This document shows positions 54,520 to 64,000 of a DNA stretch of 64,000 nucleotides, in pieces (the stretch's first letter is position 1; the number at the start of each line of letters is the position of its first letter). A model generated the notes under the pieces. It was not told where the DNA came from, did not search any database, and worked only from the letters and a program-made list of their open reading frames with translations. Origin of the DNA: Trichoplax adhaerens (taxonomy: Eukaryota; Animalia; Placozoa); contig NW_002060954.1 in the NCBI RefSeq assembly GCF_000150275.1, forward strand, positions 930,001-994,000, written 5' to 3'. Position numbers and translations under genes: made by a program.

Positions 54520-56280
54520 TCTGTACAGTACACTGTACAGTAGGGGCATTATACAATGGTTGGAATACTGTACAGTGTACAGTATACAATACTAGACGTA
54601 TTTAATTAAAGGATGAAGGCGGTACTTATTTATTTAAACATCTACATGAACATCATAATATTGAGAAATGGGTGATACCTTTGGATACTATCTTTTGCTT
54701 CACGTTTCATGAAAGCATAAATGCGTTTCTTTTACCCTTACCTTACATATTATGTATAATGGCAACGAACTCAATAATATGCGTCAATTTTCAAGTTGTG
54801 TAGCTGTACTCTGCTGTAGTACTACAATTAGTATCGTGAAATTTGGCCTCTTGAATATTATTATGAATCAATTGCAATAATCTAATCATGCGCGTCTTAC
54901 GATGATGAGCTCGCATAAGTTGAAGTTGTCCATAAATATCCTATTATTAAACTAGAATGTTAACAAATTGACCAGATACCTAATAAAATTATTCCTAGCA
55001 CAACCTCATTCCCTACGGAAACGAACATATTTCGCATTTGCGATACATTACAGTCTACAGTACAGTACAGTAGACTCATTCCACTTGTGCAGTATAGCGT
55101 CCAGTATAATGTATAATTACCTATACTGTACTCTATACTACGCCACACTGTTACAGTCTTTATTGTAGTAATATGGCATGGAGAAAGGTCACTTTTTGGG
55201 GGGGGGGGCACATAGATTGACATGATGTCGAATAGTGGCGTATTAGTATCTCTAATCAAACTATCCTAAAATGAATACTTAGCAGAACTATTGCCAGCAA
55301 GTATATTTACTTCAATTGTCATCGCATAGCCTACCTTTACTAGCCAAAGAGTTATTATTTGCCGCCATTTTCGGACTTTTTAAGTCTGTGCTGTCGTGTA
55401 AACTTGTACAGTACTGTACTGTGCCAATGTGGTAGAAGCCGGTTAGGTACAAGACAGTACAGTATAATGTCGCTGTGTGTTTTTATACACGTACTGTACA
55501 GTACAGTTCAGTGCGTGACAATGTGCAGTGCTGTCATCTGACACTCAGGTCTATCTGATAGTGATCGCCTACCTAAATCTTACCGGTAAGATTTGTCCAG
55601 GATACTTTACACTGTAGTCTGGCTGTCGCGTACAGTACATTGAACTACCCTCCATGAAATGCTCGTTGGCTCAAATTGCTCTACAGTACAGTACAGTATA
55701 CTGTACTGTACAAGTTCTTACAACATGTACTGTACATTGTACAGTACAGTACTCCATGATCGCTTACAAATATACTGTCAAACACTAACAAACTTGCTCC
55801 AGTTAAAGATACTGTACAGTATAGTGTACTGTACTGTACTTCAGCAATAAAAGAAGATCTGGACGAATCACCCTTGGATGGACAGACATTTTCGGCCTCT
55901 TCTCGTCAAAATATTGTATTGTGTCAAACACTTCGTTATAACGCTACTTTAGTATGAAGATAATCGATTTTGAATTGACTGATTTTTTCTAAATTAAGTA
56001 ACATTACGCTAAATCTTATTATCTATTACTCCATTCCGCTTGGAGGTAGTTATGTAAGATCATCAATGTTATTAGAATTAGTACCAGTGACTTAGAAAAC
56101 AGGCGCGGAAGATCCATACTAAGTAGCCATTTTGCGATATTTGTGGCTTCATTGAGTAAGAAACGTCCGTTTGTCTGTCTGAGAGAGTGATCAGTCCAGG
56201 TCTTCTTTTAGCAGTCCATGATAGCACTATACAGTACAGTACAGAGCAATGACACTGGACCGGTACTGTACACTGAGTAT
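54520..56280. promoter_or_regulatory. Pentamer clusters in the GGNBP2/FTSJ3 divergent gap
   Basis: Clusters at about 54520-54590, 55050-55140, 55400-55510, 55680-55845 and 56225-56275. Confidence 0.55.
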
Positions 56281-56519
56281 ACCGTACCCTGCCAGTAGTT
56301 GGAAATTACGTAAGCAAGTCGTTTCATCCGTCTGCCATGTGACCTCTACACTGCCGACTGAATCCATAGTCAACTCGCTCAAGTATTTTACTGCTATCAA
56401 AATCAATGGTGTAAAAGTTCCACAACTCTGTGGATTAAAAGGGTAGCTGATATTGCAGACTTTTCCTAGTAGGTAGTAAGTTATTATTTCGAGCTATTCG
56501 ACGCCAGTAAACGTTGCAA

Positions 56520-59500
56520 ATGGGTAAAAAAGTAAAAGTCGGCAAGAAAAGGAAGGATAAATTTTATAAATTAGCCAAAGAAACCGGTATGATGTTACCA
56601 ACATTCTATTTCATCCCTACTGTAGTATTATAATTAGGTAGACTATTCAGTGTTCCAACTTATGCACTTGCAGAACACAAAAATTGCGAAAAATGATAGG
56701 CGAATAAGTCAGTTATTTATGAATTAGTGTAATGCCAATTGATTATTTACGGTAAGATAGAACCAGTAATTATTACGACAGTCTACAGTACATCAAATAA
56801 TTAACTAAAGCTTGGTGATAAATTTCGGTATCTTGATCTTGCAGGTTATCGTGCTCGCTCAGCTTTCAAGTTAATCCAATTAAACCGGAAATTTCAGTTT
56901 TTAGAAACTTCACGAGTCTTGGTAGATCTATGTGCAGCACCTGGAGGATGGTAAGCCAAGCTTTTTTACATCATATATTTTATTCACTTTCGCACAGGAT
57001 GCATTGTGCTACACAGCAGTTACCAATAAGAAATTGGCAATCAATCATACAGTACTGAATTATGGATTATTTAAGGGATAATAAAATAATTACTCTAGCA
57101 ATCCTACTTTTTACTATTTGTTTATTCGCATAAAATTCTTTATTCAAAAATTGATCTCTTTCCAACATAAACTTTCGTTGATATACCTTTTGACAGCAAA
57201 TGACATGAATACAGTAGCATGTTGTACACTAGGAAATTGGAAACATATCGTAATCTCTTTTTCTCGTGTGTCCGTGATTACAGGTTACAAGTAGCATCAA
57301 GATTTATGCCCATATCTAGTTTGATCGTTGGTAAGCCCGTCGGAAATACTTATTTAATACTTGGCTATTTCCCAATTGCAATCATTTACCATCTCATACA
57401 ATTTTTTACCATGATTTGGTATAATCTAGTATCTTTGCAACTTTATCCTAGAAATCCTACCCCAGTTAATGTTTTCTCTGTTTGTCAATCCCTTTATTGT
57501 GGATGTCAGCTAAAATATTAAATTCTCGTTGCAGGTGTTGATTTAGTAACTATCAAACCAATTCCTAATGTTATTACTTTAACCGGAGACATTACTACTG
57601 ACGCTTGCAAACAGGTTGTTATTGTAATTATTATGTTGCTAATAGTGTAGTAGACCTTTCAACTTACATCGTACTACCAATCAAATAAATTAACATTATT
57701 GTATTATGTGATCATAGATTGTCGATAAAAGCTGTACAGTATGGCTATTTTGGATAACCTCTGTTTTAAGTGCCGTTATTCTTTCTATCGTTATAGGCTA
57801 TCAAAAAGGAACTACATACATGGAAGGCTGATAGTGTACTACACGATGGAGCTCCTAATGTCGGGCAAGCATGGGTTCAGGACGCCTTTTCTCAAGGTAT
57901 GTCCTTTAAATTTCGAAAAATTTTTGGACTATCTTACATTAGTGCATATATATATATCAACATAAGATAGCTCCATCAGCTGTGCTATCACAATAGTCAC
58001 TGTGTTGTATTGTGCATGTGATTTATGACGTTTTATTGTAGCTATGCTACGCAACCCAAGTGTAAAAATTGTTTATTAAGTTATATAATCGCTTTACAGA
58101 ATAAGTATCCTTTCATATCTCAATTATTTAGTTATATCCTGAGCATTATGATTACGCAATACTACAGATTTAAAAACCATGCAAGTATCGGTACTAATAT
58201 CTAAATAGATAATTTTTTCAATTTTGTCTACTCCATCTGTTTCCTTTAGCTCAGCTAACATTAAGTGCATTACGTCTTGCTTGCCAACTCTTAAAGCGTG
58301 GAGGCTGCTTTATAACTAAAGTCTTTCGATCAAAAGATTACTATTCATTAATGTGGGTTTTTCAGCAATTATTTAAAAAAGTCCACGCGACTAAACCGCA
58401 GGTATGCACTATACTATAATTGAGAATTACAGATCAAAACCCAAATTTCGATTTTAATGTACAATAAAGTTTTATATGTACAGTAGTCAACATCAAGAAT
58501 TGAATAAGCTAACATACCATGTTGGTATTCTTATTAATTAAAGGCATCTAGGAATGAATCCGCTGAAATCTTTGTTGTTTGCATGGTACAAATCGAGCAT
58601 ACTTAATTAAACAATAGACGTTTTCTAGTTCAATAATTACGCACAGAATGAAATTAAACTGTTATGTTACTATTATCTTGAAATAGGGATTTTTAGCTCC
58701 TGATAAGATTGACCCCAAGTTTCTTGATAGTAAGCACATTTTTAAAGATATTGAAACGGAAACGAAACAAAACAAAATAAATTTAATGTTTTCTGAGGTA
58801 ACAGAACATAGGCGCTTACATTTCTTGCCTATCCATCTTAACTATAATTGATCCATGTTTGAAAATATGTTGATGCTTTTTATTACTTATTATATAGAAA
58901 AGAAAGGATAGAAATCGAGCGGGATATCCAGACAACAAGCATACACTGTTTACTAGTACACCTGTTACTGATTTTATTACAAGTGAAAATTATCTAGATC
59001 ACTTAGCTTCGAGTAATACGGTAACCATTATATAACTTAACTGTATTTACGTTCTAGACCACCCAATAACTCCTCGTCAAAATACATTCCAACTTTAATT
59101 ACTAAATTTCTATTTTGTCTTGTTGTAATTTCGGGCAATATAAATAGCTCACATTCGATGAGGATAGCTTGATCATTGCGAAGCATCCACTTACCACAGA
59201 GGAAATTAAAACTTATTGCCAAGATATCAAAGTACTTGGTAGGAAAGAAATCAGGTAAGTAAAGTACTCATCACTAATTCTTCACACCTTTACGTAGTTA
59301 AAATATTCTTCTTCTTACTGATTGCAGAACCCTTATAAAATGGCGTAGTGACATTAGAGACTTTTATGAACAAAAGGCAACAGCTAGTGAAACTAAGTAA
59401 GTTATTCCAATTAAAAATAGCAGTATCTTTCTATAGGCATTGATGGTATGCTCCTAATAACTTTGGATATCATACAGGAAAACAGAAAATGACGAAAGCG

Positions 59501-62143
59501 CTGGTGTTGAAAGTGACGATGATGAGGTAAAATGCTATAAAGTACTCTTTTTTAATTTAAAAATAGTAAGTAGGCTTCTTAACTCTCCAATTTTTGCAAT
59601 TAAGGATGCTGCGAAAAAAAAAATCGAAGAGTTTGAAAATGAAGAGGCATCAGAACGGAAAAGGTTTTGACTCATAAGTTGCTATATATAATGATATATA
59701 TTACATCTTAGTCATTTACTTATTCATATTCAAAATATGATGATGATAAAAAGACAAAGACGGAAACGTATGCAGCTTAAACGCAAAGCTAGAGAGAGAC
59801 AACTGCTGAAAATGAAAGTGCCTGATAGTGGTATTAACTTATCAGAAGACAACTCATTATTTTCTCTCTCTACAATTACCGATCCTAAGGTGTTAAGCAT
59901 TAAAATTTTTAGACTTCTGGATTAGACCTTTAAAATTATATCGTATTACCGTAAAGTAAAAACTGACACTTGAAACTAACTACTGTACTTGTTTACTTCG
60001 TTATCAATTGATATCATGAAGAAATTGAGTAATGTCAACAGCGGTGAGATGATGCTTGGTGACGATGAAGATGAAGATAAAACTGAAGCGATGAATTTGG
60101 ATTCGAAAAACGACACCGAAAGTGACTTTGATAGCAATGATAGCTACAGTGATGATGACGACGAAGAAAGTAGAAGTGATACAAATCACTCTGATAATAT
60201 TACTAAAACCATTGGTGACAAAAAGTAAGTAATTACACATTGCTGCCGTAATTCGACGCACTTATAATTTTATAAAGTAATTACGTTATAAAGTCTTAAC
60301 GTCTCTAAGGAAATCATTCGCGCCATTTTCTAATGAATACGTGTTGCAGATCTAGTAATCCTCTTATTATTGAAATGCCGGAAGAACGATCCTTAAAGCA
60401 AAAGACAAATATGTGGTTTAGTAAAAATATTTTTAAAGAAATGGATAATGATCAAGATGAGGAGTTGGACTTTCAACAATCAATATCAAATCTTAAGGGT
60501 AAGCAAATTCGTACGTGAAGTAATAAGAGTAAATCGTAACAGCGTTCCCAACAATGATATTTTACTGTAGCGAGTCTAAATTTAACATTTATTGCATTAA
60601 ATCTTTTATCATATTATTGAAGGAGATAAATACAACTCTTGGAAGGAAGATCCTAAAATGGATAGTAATTATAGAAACAAGAGTAATGGATCTCCATCCA
60701 AGGGAGAAAGTTTGTCCGATACTACCACTACCAATGTACGAAAAGTCGTTAAGAGTGACGATGATGACAGCGATGAGAGCGACAGCGATAGCGATTATGA
60801 TTATTATCAAGGAATGAAAAATAATACCAAAACGATTAACAATGACTCGTCACAACTAATAACTAGAAACGATTTCGAAATTGCTCCTGTAGAAAATACT
60901 ATCGGTATATATGCATACATTGTGAAAAATTTAATTGCAAAATGATACTTACTTCGAGCTCTAAGTTAATCGTTTAATTAAACCTTTGAAGCACCGAAAT
61001 ATTTATCGCCAGAAGGTTTAGCTATTGGAGCATTAGCTGCTACATCGAAAAAGCGAAAAGAAGAATTTATAGATAGTGCTTATAATAGGTAAGCAATACG
61101 CGTATTAATATGGAGGTACTCGAATGTAATTATTATTTATTATACGTATATCATGCAACTTTGTAAATACGATAGATACACTTTCAATGATGAAAATCTA
61201 CCGGATTGGTTTACTGAATATGAGAAAAAGCATTATCAAAAGCAGATACCACTAACAAAGGTATTTCTTAACAAGCCTCTCTTACTCTAATCTAGCAAAA
61301 TTACACATTCACCTTACGATAAATATAATTCTATACATGTACATTTATCGTCGCTTTTATCTTCTTTATTTGTAACATTAATATAATTTAGTATAGTATT
61401 ACGAAGGCTTTATGATAACATTTTTAGGAAGAAATTCAAGAACAAAAGAAGAAATTACAAGAGATTAATGCACGGCCGATTAAAAAAGTAGCTGAGGCAA
61501 AAGCTAGAAAAAAGATGAAGGTAACCTTTGTTTACAACCAGCTGGCATATGCGTATGCCTCATGTACGAATGACTTAATTTTTTAGCTCACAAGCTGCTA
61601 TTCTTATCGTACTCTAAATAGACCTTAAGAAAAGTAGAGAGAATGCGAAAAAAAGCTGAAGCTATTCTCGACACTTCGGACGCCACTGACAGAGAAAAGA
61701 TGTTACAAATAAAAAGGTATTGATTAATTGAAATGTATTTATTTACTGATTTGGTAATTGTAGCTACTAATTATAATCATTATGTTATTATCATAAGTAT
61801 ATACAAGAAGGCTGGAGTAGGAAAGGCAAAAAAAAGCGAAAAACAATATGTAGTAGGCAGAAAAAACTTAGGTATGTCTCTTAAATTTAGCGGCAATACG
61901 GAAATGAAATTGTGCAACTGACGATGACCCCCGGCATTTACCTTAAGTTGTATTTTAATGTGTAATTATCGAAGCTCGGTATTGACATCTGGAAAATTTG
62001 TATCCAGTGATTGTAAAGTTCTGATTTAATCTCTCGATTTTCTAGGTAAAAAGCGGCCACCTGGTGTTAAAGGAAGATATAAAATGGTAGATAAAAGACT
62101 GAAAAAAGACAAGCGGGCCTCCAATAAAAAAAACAGAAAGTGA
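56520..62143 (+). CDS. FTSJ3: pre-rRNA 2'-O-ribose methyltransferase FTSJ3 (Spb1), about 20 exons
   Basis: [23 protein letters not shown]|[85 protein letters not shown] and [19 protein letters not shown], stop at 62141-62143. Confidence 0.95.
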
Positions 62144-63823
62144 GCTACCATGAGACCAATAAAGGAGAAAAATCATAGATTAAGTATTTTAGTTCTTGTA
62201 GATGCATAAAATGAACGATACAGCTTCCTTAACACTTCCTTAATCAATATTTTGTATTTCAAAATATTCATGCGATCGTTATAGTTCCGCTATGTACAAT
62301 ACATGAATAAATCAGATTTATTAACTGCGACAGAAATTTGCAACTAAAATCGAAAACATTACAAATTACATTTACTAAAGCTGTTGCATTATTAATATTA
62401 TTACCATACTCAACAACACAAGTTGCGATATTGTTGTACTTATGATACACGTATTTCGTTACATGAATAGATAAAGCCATTATTTTAATGTTTTATGGTT
62501 ATTAATCAGAATAATATCATTGCAAAGCTAGATAGGGCAATTATTGTTATTTTTATAACTTTAAACCAAAATGTCATTGAAGTAATTGTGATGGCTACTA
62601 TTTACTATCAATATCTGTATTAAACTACATGCTACTAATAAATAGTCTCATTTCATGATATTAATAGCTTAGTAGTGATTGTTATGATTTAGTACTTTAG
62701 CTGTAGATACCGTTTGAGGTTATTGTAGATATGTAGACGATTGCCTTGTTACAGTATAAGTAATCATATTATGACCTAGTAGTGTGACCCGTTATAATGC
62801 ATAATATATCGGTCGTCTAGTTAGCTAGTATGTGCACTGCATGTCGTATAATTTAACGCAATACTCCCAACCTCAATATATACTAGAGCCAATGCAGCAT
62901 TACCAAAGTAATTTTAAAATTTTTATTTTCAGATTAATAGTGTTAAAAGTATACAAACACAACTACTATGCAGCTCAAGGTACTTTAGCATAGTCTCCGC
63001 TTATACTCATAGATTATATATTTATATTAATAATTGTATAATACAAGGTTGCTTGTATATATGTACGTATGCATGCTGCATCCTGTGCATGTCTCCGCAT
63101 TGTCTTTAATATAAAAAGCATACTTTGCGTATATGGCGCAGTCAGTTGCTCTACCTCAGAAAAGTTTCTGAGTTCGAAGGGGAAATTTATCCAAGTCTCT
63201 CCTTCCAGGAACGCTAAGTATAATTAAGTAATTGCATGCACTGTGTGCAGTGCTAACTAACAATCCTCTAATACAGGGCAATGTAAAAGTGTGCGAAATA
63301 GCAAAATAACAGAATGTACTTTGCTATCTTGCTCACCATTTACATACCATTAAAATGATCTCTACCATTCAAAAGGGGATGACACTTCGCTTTACATGTA
63401 CGTATTCAAGAACTTAAGGCCATTTCAGACTGAATCTTTACGGACAGCCGCTAATTTTTGAAACCGTAATGAGTCGAGCCGCGCACAGGGAGTGAGCTAT
63501 AATAATATTAATTCAGAAACAACGCGCAGTCTTCCCAAGACTTATATAATGTCATCTAAACCGATCACGTTGAACTATTGACAGTACCGCTGAATAGTAC
63601 TACATTGCACATTTATCTATGACATCATTTTTGCTAAAGAGCTGTAATGCAGGAAACTAAAATTGTGCGCTGGGATTAGACCTAATGTATTATAGATAGA
63701 GATACAGTATGAAGAAAATATATAAAAAAGAAAGAAATGTGGACAATTTATTCTTACAAGTCTGCCAAATTGGTCAGGTGTAAAATCACCAGCAAAAAAG
63801 AATGTCATCAATCCTGACGTTCC

Positions 63824-63980
63824 TACAGTGTACTGTACAGTGCACTGTTCGTACAGTACAGTACGATACAGAGAGCACCATGTCCACTACAGTACAGTAC
63901 TGTACCGTATACTGTACTGTAGTACAGTACATTTGCTCAGTCACGGTACAGTACAGCACACAGTAGGTGGAAGTACAGTT
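63824..63980. promoter_or_regulatory. Pentamer cluster at the right edge, predicted next promoter
   Basis: Same TACAG/CTGTA runs as in the other divergent gaps. The promoter role is inferred by analogy. Confidence 0.45.
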
Positions 63981-64000
63981 ATAACCAACAATCTACGGTA

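Noticed and set aside
63346-63423. Minus-strand ORF with an in-frame TGA (MALSS*IRTC) as a selenoprotein
   Set aside because: No UxxC or CxxU motif, no recognisable family and no SECIS identified.
63773-63818. C/D box-like motif on the minus strand (TGATGA...CTGA with a terminal stem)
   Set aside because: Too short for a typical C/D snoRNA, and no recognisable rRNA guide.

Overview
AT-rich eukaryotic DNA with short introns and animal-type genes. A placozoan such as Trichoplax is my inference from composition and gene content, not proven. By manual splicing I recover 12 protein-coding genes in strict -/+ alternation, forming six head-to-head pairs: PPP1R37/COX7A2L, CGRRF1/FANCL, EIF1AD/BANF1, BRMS1(L)/type II NADH dehydrogenase, DDX55/14-3-3 epsilon and GGNBP2/FTSJ3. 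Every divergent gap contains clusters of a self-complementary TACAG/CTGTA pentamer repeat, whereas convergent gaps have only scattered copies. This candidate promoter-marking system is the main finding. Other points of note: a COX7A2L gene missed by the ORF track, with a GC-AG intron; an AT-AA U12-type intron in BRMS1; a 99-bp duplication that creates two identical, frame-incompatible GGNBP2 exons; tandem promoter duplications carrying splice donors; a 26-bp G-U-compatible hairpin; and possible ancient synteny with human. Exon coordinates were read by eye and may be off by a few bases.
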